Shown piece by piece: positions 35,009 through 43,894 of a DNA stretch of 43,894 bases. The stretch comes from a virus. Taxonomy: Duplodnaviria; Caudoviricetes. A program made the position numbers and the translations under genes. The stretch is taken from positions 1 to 43,894 of the IMG/VR virus record IMGVR_UViG_3300027323_000003, one strand, 5' to 3'. How positions within the stretch are numbered: the first letter of the stretch is position 1; each line of letters opens with the position of its first letter. Below the pieces are notes generated by a model. That model had not been told where the DNA came from. It saw only the letters and a list, made by a program, of their open reading frames with translations, and ran no database searches.

Positions 35009-36136
35009 ATGCCTCAAATCACTTCGTGGGATCTGCCGACGACCATCCAGAACATGGCCACGTCGGTGCAGCAGAAGGCCAAGGTCCTGGTCGACTTCAC
35101 GGTCGGCTCCGTGACGCGCGCGGTGGTCGAGGCGACCGCGCAGGTGGTGATCTGGCTGGAAAGCCTGATCCTGCTGTTACTGCAGGCCACGCGCGCGGCG
35201 ACGTCGAGCGGCGCGGATCTCGACAGCTGGATGCTCGACTACGGCCTGACTCGCCTAGCGGCCACAGCGTCAACGGGCCAGGTCACGTTCTCGCGCTTCA
35301 CGCCGACCTATCAGTCCGTCATTCCCGTGGGCACGGTCATCCAGACGTCCGACGGCACGCAGCAGTTCACGTTGATCGCGGACACGACGCAGTCTGCCTA
35401 CAGCGCGGCGCTCGGGGGCTATGTGATCGCGGCGGGGATTGCCAGTGCTGTGGCCACCGTCCAGGCGGTGAATACCGGCTCCGTGACCAACGTGCTCGCC
35501 AATACGATCACGACGCTGACGCAAGCGGTCCAGTACGTGGACACGGTGACGAATGCGGCAGGCTTCACGAACGGCACCGACGCTGAAACGGACGGCGCCT
35601 TCCGCGCACGGTTCATCACCTACATCAACGGCCTGTCCAAGGCCACGAAGACGGCGATCGGCAACGCCATCCTGGTTGTCAAGCAGGGCTTGAGCTATGT
35701 GCTGGTCGAGAATCAGACTTATGGCGGCGTTTCTCAACCCGGTTACTTCTATGCCGTGGTCGACGATGGCACGGGCAGCCCACCGAGCACGCTGCTGTCG
35801 TCGGTGTCCAATGCCATCGATGCGGTGAGGCCGTTCACATCGACCTTCGGGGTCTTCGCGCCTGTGGTCGTGACGGCGAACGTGGCCATGACCATTACCA
35901 CGGCGGCAGGCTATAGCCATTCCGCGGTGGTCACCCTAGTGCAGGCCGCGTTGCAGAGCTATATCAACTCGCTGGCAATCGGTCAGACCCTGAGCTACAG
36001 CCGCCTGGCGCAAGTAGCCTACGACGCCTCTCCGGGCGTTACCAACGTGACCGGCACCACGCTCAACAGCGGTACCGCCGACCTGGCGGCGACCAACCAG
36101 CAGATTGTGAAGTACGGGACTGTGACGGTGGCGTGA
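35009..36136 (+). CDS. Baseplate J-like protein
   Basis: GADLD..YGLTRLAAT..TGQVTF; NGTDAETDGAFRAR. Confidence 0.9.
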   Translation: MPQITSWDLPTTIQNMATSVQQKAKVLVDFTVGSVTRAVVEATAQVVIWLESLILLLLQATRAATSSGADLDSWMLDYGLTRLAATASTGQVTFSRFTPTYQSVIPVGTVIQTSDGTQQFTLIADTTQSAYSAALGGYVIAAGIASAVATVQAVNTGSVTNVLANTITTLTQAVQYVDTVTNAAGFTNGTDAETDGAFRARFITYINGLSKATKTAIGNAILVVKQGLSYVLVENQTYGGVSQPGYFYAVVDDGTGSPPSTLLSSVSNAIDAVRPFTSTFGVFAPVVVTANVAMTITTAAGYSHSAVVTLVQAALQSYINSLAIGQTLSYSRLAQVAYDASPGVTNVTGTTLNSGTADLAATNQQIVKYGTVTVA

Positions 36137-36810
36137 TGGCGACAGGCGACAACAACGATATCTTCGCGCGCCTGAAGTCAGCGCTGCCATCCCGGTGGTT
36201 CGGATCCACGGCCGACTCCATGCCGGTCGTCGACTCACTGCTGGCGGGCATCGCGACGGCGCTCAGTTTCGTCTATTCGCTGTATGTCTACGCGAAGCTG
36301 CAGACGCGGATCCTGACCGCGACGGATGGCTGGCTTGATCTGATCGCTGCCGACTTCTTCGGTTCGGCTGTCCAGCGCAAAGCCAACCAGTCCGACGCAT
36401 CGTTTCGCGCCAACATCATCGCGAACATGTTTCGCGAGAGGGCGACCCGGAACGGGATGGTCAAGGTCTTGAAGGATCTGACCGGGCGCACGCCGACGAT
36501 CATCGAGCCGGCAAGGCCGGCGGATACCGGCTCTTATGGCGGCCCGTTGATCGGCTACGGCGTGGCGGGAGCCTACGGTTCGCTGCTGATGTCGTACCAG
36601 TGCTTCGTTGTCGCTTACCGTCCCTTCGGGTCTGGCATTCCTAACGTTGCAGGATATGGGGTATCCACAGGCGCCTATGGGACGCCATCCCAAGCCGAAT
36701 ACGCATCGCTCTCGATGATCCAGGGCAGCGTCACGGACGCCGACATCTACGCCGCGATTGAGGCGACAAAGCCTGTCGCTACGACCATCTGGACAGCGAT
36801 CCAGAACTGA
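36133..36810 (+). CDS. Baseplate wedge protein (gpI-like)
   Basis: TATDGWLDLIAADFFG..RKANQSDASFRANI. Confidence 0.75.
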   Translation: MMATGDNNDIFARLKSALPSRWFGSTADSMPVVDSLLAGIATALSFVYSLYVYAKLQTRILTATDGWLDLIAADFFGSAVQRKANQSDASFRANIIANMFRERATRNGMVKVLKDLTGRTPTIIEPARPADTGSYGGPLIGYGVAGAYGSLLMSYQCFVVAYRPFGSGIPNVAGYGVSTGAYGTPSQAEYASLSMIQGSVTDADIYAAIEATKPVATTIWTAIQN

Positions 36811-36831
36811 TACCGACCCTACCTTTCGAGC

Positions 36832-36857
36832 AAGCCCGCCATAGCGCGGGCTTTTTT
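36832..36857 (+). terminator. Intrinsic terminator
   Basis: AAGCCCGC/GCGGGCTT plus T-run. Confidence 0.65.
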
Positions 36858-36876
36858 CATTCTTGGAGCCAGTTGA

Positions 36877-38610
36877 ATGGACCGCCAGATCATCTATCCG
36901 GGGCAGATTCCCCTCGAAACGGACCTGCTTAACACCAACAAGAACGCCATGATCGGGCTGTCCAAGCTGGCTGCGGCCATGCTTGGTACGTCGACGGTCG
37001 TCAACGGCCTGACAGTGGGGCCAAACAGTCCCGCAGCGCTGAATGTCGTGGTTTCCGCTGGTGAAATCTATGCCCTCACTAGTGTCGACGCGAACGCCTA
37101 CAGTTCGATCGCCGCGGATACTACCCACCTAATCGTCAAGCAGGGCATATCGCTCGATCCCACTACGATCTCATGCCCGGCCCCGACCACATCAGGCTTC
37201 TCGATCAACTATCTGATTCAGGTTGCATTTTCGGAGACGGACGGCTCACCTGTCGCGCTTCCCTATTACAACAGTTCCAATCCGTCGCAAGCCTTCAGCG
37301 GTCCCGGTAACAACGGCGCAGCGCAGAACACCCGACGCTATGGCCTGGCTGTTGTGAACGCCAAGGCTGGAGTTGCTGCCGCCACTGGAACGCAGACCAC
37401 GCCGTCTGCTGATGCAGGATTTGTTGGGTTGGCAGTGGTGACCGTCGCCAACGGCCAGAGCACGATCGCGGCCGGCAACATCACGCCATACGCCGGCGCG
37501 CCGGTCCTGCCGTCTGACCTGCTGCACGCTATTCAGGCCAGCAGCCTGACCGTCGGCGTCGATACCGGTGCCGCGAACGGCTGCGTTGTCAACTATAGCT
37601 ACCCGGTCACCGCCCTGAAAGACGGCATGCCGTTGTGGTTCAAGCCGGCTGCGGCTAACACCGGCGCGGCAACTCTCAATGTCAACGGCCTCGGCGCTTT
37701 CCCGCTGATCGGTGGAGCTCATTTGGCTCTGACTGGCGGGGAGATCATTCCTGGCGGGAAGGCACAGGTCGTCTGGCGTGCGGACATCAACTCGTTCATT
37801 CTGATCGAGTGCACGGGGGGCGCGCTGCAAGTTGCCCCGGGAACGGGGTCACAGCACGCTCCACAGATGAGCCAGGTAGCGGGCATCGTCGGATCAATGC
37901 GCAACCTCGTCATGAACGTGGCGGCGGCCAGCTCTGCCGCAACGCTGACTGCGGACGAGATCGTCGTCGAGACGGCGCTGGGTGGCGTTCGATATTGCCT
38001 GCCGAACTTCAACAAAACGATCAACGTCGGAACGACCGGCGCCGGCGGGATGGATACCGGCACATCGCCTTTAAACGGCTACGTGGCGATCTATGCCATC
38101 TACAACCCGGCCACCGGTGCAAGCGCTCTGCTTGGCAAGAACGCGACCTCGGCAGTGCAGCCGAACGTGTATGGTGGCGCGAATATGCCGGCCGGTTACA
38201 CCGCGTCTGCGCTGGTGAGCGTCGTGCCGACGGATGGATCGGGGAATATCAAGCCGCTCTATCAGCGCGATCGGGACATCAGCATCGCGAGCGCCGTTGC
38301 ATTTACGACCTCGACCACCCAGGCATCGCCAACCTCCTTCTCGATTTCTGGACTCGTTCCTCCTAATGGAGTGAGGGCCAGCGGGAACATCTCGATTTCC
38401 TCGACTGTCGCCAGCAATATGTCGACGTCCATATATCCAACGACAGGCAGCCTAGGGGGTCAATCGATTGCTGCTGCTGTCAGCGCCGGCTTTTCTTCGG
38501 CGTGTAACGCGAATTGGAATATTGCGACCCCGCAAACCTTGTATTACACAGCTGCAAGTTCTGCAGGAACGCCGACATTCACGCTGACAATTGGTGGATA
38601 TTCCATTTAA
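36877..38610 (+). CDS. Tail fibre / receptor-binding protein
   Basis: 577 aa Gly/Ala/Thr-rich, after baseplate; NTGAATLNVNGLGA; no TR-like segment. Confidence 0.82.
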   Translation: MDRQIIYPGQIPLETDLLNTNKNAMIGLSKLAAAMLGTSTVVNGLTVGPNSPAALNVVVSAGEIYALTSVDANAYSSIAADTTHLIVKQGISLDPTTISCPAPTTSGFSINYLIQVAFSETDGSPVALPYYNSSNPSQAFSGPGNNGAAQNTRRYGLAVVNAKAGVAAATGTQTTPSADAGFVGLAVVTVANGQSTIAAGNITPYAGAPVLPSDLLHAIQASSLTVGVDTGAANGCVVNYSYPVTALKDGMPLWFKPAAANTGAATLNVNGLGAFPLIGGAHLALTGGEIIPGGKAQVVWRADINSFILIECTGGALQVAPGTGSQHAPQMSQVAGIVGSMRNLVMNVAAASSAATLTADEIVVETALGGVRYCLPNFNKTINVGTTGAGGMDTGTSPLNGYVAIYAIYNPATGASALLGKNATSAVQPNVYGGANMPAGYTASALVSVVPTDGSGNIKPLYQRDRDISIASAVAFTTSTTQASPTSFSISGLVPPNGVRASGNISISSTVASNMSTSIYPTTGSLGGQSIAAAVSAGFSSACNANWNIATPQTLYYTAASSAGTPTFTLTIGGYSI

Positions 38611-38622
38611 TCGGGGAAAACT

Positions 38623-38814
38623 ATGGATCTGATTTATGTGCAGTTTTCCGACGCTTCGGAGACGAAGGTCATCGGTTACTTCTGTTCGGGCGACAACGAC
38701 CCTAAGGTGTGGCCGAATCAGGGAGAGGTGACGGCGGCCGATCCGCGCTGGAAGACGTACATTAACTCGCAGACAGCATTCTTGCAGAGCATGCTGCCGC
38801 CACCTGTAGCGTAG
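38623..38814 (+). CDS. Small tail-fibre-associated protein
   Basis: 63 aa directly after fibre. Confidence 0.6.
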   Translation: MDLIYVQFSDASETKVIGYFCSGDNDPKVWPNQGEVTAADPRWKTYINSQTAFLQSMLPPPVA

Positions 38815-38824
38815 CCTGGATCGG

Positions 38825-39946
38825 TCAGGCCACAGTCCCGGTCGGCATGAGCGTCCTGCCGGCCGGGAACCAACGATCTCGCACCCAGAGGAATGGCTTC
38901 TCGACAAAATAATAGCTGAGGGCAGACACGGCAATGACCGCTGGGAAATATGCGGCGAGTCTTATCAGGTTGTCTGCGGTGCTATTTGTGACTCCCACGA
39001 GATACAGCATAACGAGGAGCACGGCGATGTTCGATAGATACATCGAATAGGACAATTTCGCGATGGCTGATGTAATCGCCGTCACCATCCTGGGAAGGCT
39101 GAACTTCAGGCCCAGGGAGAGAATTCCGCAGATTCCCAGTGATGCAATGGGGAACAGCCAGAACTTTGCGAATAGGCTTTTGTTCATCCAATCGGTCCCG
39201 TGCGTGGTCGTATAGACAGCTATCGGCAAGAGGCAGGCGATCGCATAGCTTCCACGTTGAAGAATGCATCTTCGGCTTGCGGGAATGGTTCGGTGGAGGA
39301 TGGAAAGCAGAACGCCCCACATTAGGGAGTCAATTCGAAACAGGGTCACCTTTCGTACCTGTTCATCCCAAAGCGTCGCCTCCATGGCCCCGTGATACCT
39401 GAGGGCCATTGAAACGCTCAAGAGAAGGAATAGGGTGGCGAGCAGAGCCGGTACTGGTTTGCGCAAGATCGCCCAGATTCCAAAAAACGTGAGAGGAAGG
39501 AGGAAATAGAAGATCTCCTCGATCGATAGGCTCCAGGCTTCCGGGAAGAACGTTGGGTGCGGTGACACTATGTTCTGTGTAAAGACCAGGTACCGCCCGA
39601 TGTCAGTCGGGATTGGAGCCGCCAAACCGACAAGCGAAATCGTGATGTTCACCGCAAGATAGAAGTAGTAGTTAGGCAGGGTTCTAAACCACCGCCGCGT
39701 CATAAACGTGGTGAGCTTGGTAAGGCTTCCATCGAAGTTTCTGATCACGTCTAGGAAAATCCCGCCAATAAGGAAGCCACTCAAACAGAAGAATATCTCT
39801 ACGCCAAAGAAGCCCAGCATTGTGCGAACCAGCATGATGGTGTCGCTGCCGGGAATGAAGTTCAGGCCATGTGATATGACAACCATTAGCACGGCCAGAG
39901 CCCTCCAAAGGTCGAGCCATTGATTCCTCTTTTCCACTGCGCTCAT
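38825..39946 (-). CDS. Acyltransferase-3 family membrane O-acyltransferase (OafA/Oac-like), moron
   Basis: LDLWRALAVLMVVISH, GVEIFFCLSGFLI, RRWFRTLP, WSLSIEEIFY, SYSMYL, SYYFVEKPF; reverse strand, lower GC. Confidence 0.92.
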   Translation of the reverse strand: MSAVEKRNQWLDLWRALAVLMVVISHGLNFIPGSDTIMLVRTMLGFFGVEIFFCLSGFLIGGIFLDVIRNFDGSLTKLTTFMTRRWFRTLPNYYFYLAVNITISLVGLAAPIPTDIGRYLVFTQNIVSPHPTFFPEAWSLSIEEIFYFLLPLTFFGIWAILRKPVPALLATLFLLLSVSMALRYHGAMEATLWDEQVRKVTLFRIDSLMWGVLLSILHRTIPASRRCILQRGSYAIACLLPIAVYTTTHGTDWMNKSLFAKFWLFPIASLGICGILSLGLKFSLPRMVTAITSAIAKLSYSMYLSNIAVLLVMLYLVGVTNSTADNLIRLAAYFPAVIAVSALSYYFVEKPFLWVRDRWFPAGRTLMPTGTVA

Positions 39947-40140
39947 CGTTCTATGTTATTGGGGTCGATATGTGACTCGTGCGATGTATGCCGCCAAAGA
40001 TCTTGGGGCGCGGAGGATTTTACCCGCTCTGCGGGGCGATAGCCGCCTGGGGCCGCAAACCAAAGACGTCACACAGCCGCCAAAGGGTGGCTTTCTTATG
40101 CCCGCCGCGCGCGGGCTTTTTTCTATTCCGGGGTCACAAC

Positions 40141-40527
40141 ATGTCCGAACCAATTTCCACCAGCCTCGCTGGGGCTGGCGGCTGGAAACTTCTCGGCGGC
40201 GCGGCGGGCGCCGGCGCAATCGGTGCGGGCTTAGCTTCCATCGTCGTCATGTGCATAACAACTCCGCGAAGCCCGAAGGAATGGGCGGTAGGGCTGGTTT
40301 CCACTGTCGTCGGATCGATCGGCGGCGGATCGGCCGTGATCATGAAGTTCGGGCTGCAATCGTGGGCTCACGATCCGTTCGGCTTGGTGGCCATGCTGGG
40401 TCTGGTGTTCTCTTGCGGGCTGCCGGCCTGGTCGATCGTCCGATGGGTGTTCAACTGGATCGAGAAGCGCAAGGGCGCCGACATCGCCGAGATTGCGGCT
40501 GAGGTCCGCAAGGAGCTGGGGCAATGA
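40141..40527 (+). CDS. Holin (multi-TM)
   Basis: About three hydrophobic segments, charged C-terminus, overlaps lysozyme start. Confidence 0.7.
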   Translation: MSEPISTSLAGAGGWKLLGGAAGAGAIGAGLASIVVMCITTPRSPKEWAVGLVSTVVGSIGGGSAVIMKFGLQSWAHDPFGLVAMLGLVFSCGLPAWSIVRWVFNWIEKRKGADIAEIAAEVRKELGQ

Positions 40528-41021
40528 CCGCGCCGACGACGAGTAAGGCGCCGCGCCGGAGCTTGATTGCCATCGTTGGAGCGGCTGCAGCAGCAGTCCT
40601 TATGGTGCTGGTGCCTCAGAACGAGGGCACCGTCTATAAGACCTACCGCGACCTTGGCGGCGTCCTGACCTACTGCACCGGCGCGACGGAAGACGCCCAG
40701 TGGGGCAAGACCTACACCCCGCAGCAGTGCGCGGACCAGCTCGACAAGGATTTGGCCGTCCACGCTGACGGCATCGCTAAGTGTGTACCCATGGATAAGT
40801 TGACCGCCGGGCAGCGGGTGGCCTTTGTCGACACGGCCTACAACATCGGGGTGCCGGCGTTCTGTGGCAGCAGCATGGCTCGCAAGGCCAATGCCGGCGA
40901 CATGGCCGGCGCATGCGCGGCGCTGTCGCTGTGGGTCAACGTCAACGGCAAGCCTGTGAAAGGCTTGGTCAATCGGCGCGCGGTGGCGCGGGCGTTCTGC
41001 GAAGGCAAGCGCCCAGTCTGA
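40524..41021 (+). CDS. SAR endolysin, GH24 lysozyme
   Basis: Ala-rich N-terminal SAR helix; E-x8-D-x5-T triad; AYNIG; GLVNRR. Confidence 0.92.
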   Translation: MTAPTTSKAPRRSLIAIVGAAAAAVLMVLVPQNEGTVYKTYRDLGGVLTYCTGATEDAQWGKTYTPQQCADQLDKDLAVHADGIAKCVPMDKLTAGQRVAFVDTAYNIGVPAFCGSSMARKANAGDMAGACAALSLWVNVNGKPVKGLVNRRAVARAFCEGKRPV

Positions 41022-41038
41022 GCGATCCGATTTCACCC

Positions 41039-41063
41039 AAGCCCCGCTTCGTGCGGGGCTTTT
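41039..41063 (+). terminator. Intrinsic terminator
   Basis: AAGCCCCGC/GCGGGGCTT plus T-run. Confidence 0.6.
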
Positions 41064-41081
41064 GCATTTCTGGAGGGCCCA

Positions 41082-41579
41082 ATGGCCGTCACCGATACCC
41101 ACGAAGAGAAAGAAACCCTGGCGGTCGACGTGCTGCTGCCAGGCCACGAGGCGCGCGTCACGACGCCGCTATTCCTCCGCTCCAAGAAGGCGCTGATCGC
41201 GCGGGAGGGTGGGCGCTGCTTTATCTGCGGATGCACGGCCGAAGAGAGCGGCCATCCGCTCGAGGCGCACCACCACCCGATCGAGCGTTCGCTGGCCAAC
41301 ATGATCGACTGGGCGATCGTAGCCGGCCTAGCCAAGATCGGAGCGCTCGGGCCATACGCCGCAGCGTTCAACTGGGACGCGTTCGACCCCTCCAACCCAT
41401 ACACCTTCGTCGACGACATGACGGCGAACGGGTTGTTGCTCTGCAAGCAGCACCACACCGGCAAGGACGCCGGCATCCACGACATGCCTTTCCCGCTCTG
41501 GATCGCCCAGAAGTACGCGCGGGATGGGTACCAGTTCAGCCCAACGGAGGTGATTCACCATGCTGATGACAATCCTTGA
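41082..41579 (+). CDS. HNH-like nuclease domain protein
   Basis: CFICG..LEAHHH...NGLLLCKQHH...GIH. Confidence 0.65.
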   Translation: MAVTDTHEEKETLAVDVLLPGHEARVTTPLFLRSKKALIAREGGRCFICGCTAEESGHPLEAHHHPIERSLANMIDWAIVAGLAKIGALGPYAAAFNWDAFDPSNPYTFVDDMTANGLLLCKQHHTGKDAGIHDMPFPLWIAQKYARDGYQFSPTEVIHHADDNP

Positions 41580-41985
41580 GGCGATCGGCGCCGCGCTGAA
41601 GGCAATCTTTGCCACGCCGCAGCGCATATTCATTGCGGCGGTGCTGGTCATCCTCGCCGTGGCCGGTGGCGCGGTGCTGACCTATCGGCACGAGCGCGAC
41701 GCAGCGCGCGCCGAGCTCGCGCAGACGAAAGGCGATCTGGGCAAGTTCAAAGACGCGTACACGGCTTTGGCCGGCTCGCTGCAGGCGCAGAACGCCGCGG
41801 TGTCCGATCTTGAGGCGCAGGCCAAGCTGCGCCAGTACCAGGCCGCCAAGGCCGATGCCGATGCCCAGGCCGCGCAGTCGAAGTACACCCTGCTGGCCGG
41901 GAAGATCCAGGCGCAAGCCGCCGGCGCAGACCAATGCGCGTCGCTGCATGGCCTGCGGCTGACCTACGTGAAGGAGCGCCCATGA
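41560..41985 (+). CDS. Inner-membrane spanin (Rz-like)
   Basis: N-terminal TM then coiled coil with a Cys. Confidence 0.75.
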   Translation: MLMTILEAIGAALKAIFATPQRIFIAAVLVILAVAGGAVLTYRHERDAARAELAQTKGDLGKFKDAYTALAGSLQAQNAAVSDLEAQAKLRQYQAAKADADAQAAQSKYTLLAGKIQAQAAGADQCASLHGLRLTYVKERP

Positions 41986-42236
41986 TCCGCGCGCTGATGT
42001 TGTGTCTGCTGCTGGCAGGCTGCGCCGCGCCGCAAGTGGTCGAGAAGCCGGTGGAGGTGAAAGTGCCGGTCCCGGTGCCGTGCAAGACGGCCGAGATTCC
42101 GGAGCCGGACTGGCCGCTGGCCAAGGTCGCCGCCACTGCCAGCGATTTCGAGTGGTTCAAGGCTGCGCTTGCCGAGCTGGCGCTCCGCGCAGGCTACGAG
42201 GCTCGCCTGAAGGCGGCAGTCGCGGCATGCCAGTGA
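41982..42236 (+). CDS. Outer-membrane spanin lipoprotein (Rz1-like)
   Basis: MIRALMLCLLLAGC lipobox; Pro-rich VPVPVPC. Confidence 0.8.
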   Translation: MIRALMLCLLLAGCAAPQVVEKPVEVKVPVPVPCKTAEIPEPDWPLAKVAATASDFEWFKAALAELALRAGYEARLKAAVAACQ

Positions 42237-42358
42237 TCCGCGTGCTGGTTGCCGTCGGCGCGGCTGTGCTGCTTGCCGCCTGTGCGGCGCTGGACTGTGG
42301 CGCCGACGGCGGCAATGGCGGCTACGAGGCCGAGTGTAGTGCTGAAATTCGCTTCTGA
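42233..42358 (+). CDS. Tiny lipoprotein (41 aa)
   Basis: GTGA coupling; VLLAAC lipobox; two further Cys. Confidence 0.5.
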   Translation: MIRVLVAVGAAVLLAACAALDCGADGGNGGYEAECSAEIRF

Positions 42359-42486
42359 TTGGCATCCAATAATTGGACTAGAGTCGCCCGGAAACCCGCA
42401 TGCTGTCGTGCTCACTAATTGAGCACTTTCTTGGATGGATTCCGCGCCGCGCCTTACTGCATAAGGCTTTGCTGCCGTTTTTCACT

Positions 42487-42535
<49 letters not shown>

Positions 42536-42542
42536 GAAAATG

Positions 42543-42575
42543 AAAGGCCTGACAGGTTTCCTGTCAGGCCTTTTT
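42543..42575 (+). terminator. Intrinsic terminator after tRNA fragment
   Basis: 14-bp perfect stem AAAGGCCTGACAGG/CCTGTCAGGCCTTT. Confidence 0.75.
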
Positions 42576-42696
42576 GTCATTTGTTGCTGTCGGTCCCGCA
42601 AATGGAAGGTTTGGAATCTGAGAGTCAATAGCGCCGTCGACAGGCTGGCTTCAGTATGCTAAAAACGCACGTCCAGAAAAACAGAGGAGAGTACCT

Positions 42697-43350
42697 ATGC
42701 GTATCGCCATTTACGGCTGCAGCGGATTCGGTCGAGAAGTCGCTCCTATTGCCAGAGATACAGCACGTCGCATTGGTTCTGGCACTTTGAATGAGGCCGT
42801 TGTTTTTGTAGACGATGATGTCTCCAACATCGGGACCATCAAGAACGGGATTCACGTTATTTCCTTTGACGAGCTTCAGTCGAAGCAATCCGATCGCTTG
42901 GTAGTTGTTGCGGTTGGCTCCAGCACCGTGCGCCGGGCGATTGTTGCCAAGTGCGAGGCGGCGGGCCTGAAGTTCGCGAGCGTCAGCGCACCGTCGGCCA
43001 GATTCCTCGATGAGGTCAGTCTTGGCGATGGCGCCATTTTCTGCGATTTCTCCATGGTGACGTCCAACGTCAGGATTGGACGTCACTTCCACGCAAACAT
43101 CTATTCCTACGTGGCGCATGATTGTGTGGTCGGTGACTTCGTGACGCTGGCACCCAAGGCCTGCGTGAACGGTAATGTGATCCTTGAGGATGACGTGTAT
43201 GTCGGTACAGGCGCGGTGATCAAGCAGGGGACGCCTGAAAAGCCGCTGCGCATTGGTAAAGGTGCAATCGTCGGCATGGGCGCCGTGGTTACCAAAGACG
43301 TTCCGCCTGGCGCGGTGGTCGTTGGCAATCCTGCACGCGTCAAGGAGTGA
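42697..43350 (+). CDS. NeuD/PglD-family sugar O-/N-acetyltransferase (left-handed beta helix)
   Basis: [12 protein letters not shown]-domain, VAHDCVVGD, hexapeptide repeats, VVVGNPAR. Confidence 0.9.
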   Translation: MRIAIYGCSGFGREVAPIARDTARRIGSGTLNEAVVFVDDDVSNIGTIKNGIHVISFDELQSKQSDRLVVVAVGSSTVRRAIVAKCEAAGLKFASVSAPSARFLDEVSLGDGAIFCDFSMVTSNVRIGRHFHANIYSYVAHDCVVGDFVTLAPKACVNGNVILEDDVYVGTGAVIKQGTPEKPLRIGKGAIVGMGAVVTKDVPPGAVVVGNPARVKE

Positions 43351-43485
43351 CTTCCGTTCGGCGATTTGCGGCAAGGGCTGCCAACTGATGTTGGCCCCTG
43401 TTTCCGAAGGAAACACGATGCCGGCACTCGCGTTGTAAATGCGAGCGGCAAGAATGCGGGGTAGGAACACCTCTTACCCCAGATG

Positions 43486-43530
43486 GAAAGCGAAAGGCCT
43501 GACGGGAAACCTGTCAGGCCTTTCGCTTTC
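43486..43530. repeat. Long hairpin, near-copy of 42542-42573
   Basis: 18-bp perfect stem; reverse complement of 43493-43524 matches 42542-42573 at 31/32. Confidence 0.75.
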
Positions 43531-43894
43531 TTTCATCTTGTAACGCTGTCCGAAATAAGCGCAGCACGCTGCAATCCTTCCTTACATTTCGGACATAGGT
43601 TCTCACCCTGTCATCGACTAGCCTTTCCCCATTGCATCGACACGGCAGCTTGCGCTGTCGGAGTAGGGACGGATGAACTGGCGAGACATATTTCTGATTG
43701 GTTTTGGATGGGTGGGGGCTTGCCTGGCTGCGGGCTGGTTCCTGACGATAGCGGTCAAGGTGCTGGGTTGACCCTGGCGCCATCTCTCACCGATCGCTTC
43801 AACCTCCCTTCGATACCAGCACCGCATCATTCCGATACACGTCCGGGAACATCGTTTTCAGATTGCCGATCTTCGGCAGGTCATTGATGACGAT

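Noticed and set aside
36877-38610. Tail fibre as DGR target
   Set aside because: No TR-like sequence or RARAVRR end found by eye
43458-43483. Second degenerate tRNA 3' end/att (CCTCTTACCCCAGA)
   Set aside because: Match is short and better explained as one arm of a local hairpin
43483-43887. 134-aa ORF and overlapping short ORFs at the right edge
   Set aside because: No recognisable motifs; starts inside a hairpin repeat

Overview
Most of the window (1 to ~42535) is a GC-rich temperate prophage with a lambdoid regulatory layout and a contractile (myovirus-type) tail. A Burkholderiaceae-like host is my inference from composition and gene style. The right end is a 3' fragment of tRNA-Pro(GGG), an att site; the integrase and the other att site lie beyond the left edge. 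The standout element is a complete diversity-generating retroelement (DGR) in the early leftward operon: two tandem small C-type-lectin-fold (DUF1566-like) target genes, avd, template repeat (TR) and reverse transcriptase. Both variable repeats (VRs) differ from the TR only at template adenines (15 of 15 and 13 of 13 mismatches). The targets look cytoplasmic rather than virion proteins. They sit between the recombination genes and a Lar-like restriction-alleviation gene, and the tail fibre carries no VR. The rest of the prophage has the cI/cro switch with visible operators, replication and nin-like genes, a Q-like late control region with structured RNAs and an initiator-type tRNA-Met, head, tail and lysis modules, and several morons including an OafA-like acyltransferase. 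A NeuD/PglD-like acetyltransferase lies outside the att site. Family names come from motif recognition, not database searches.
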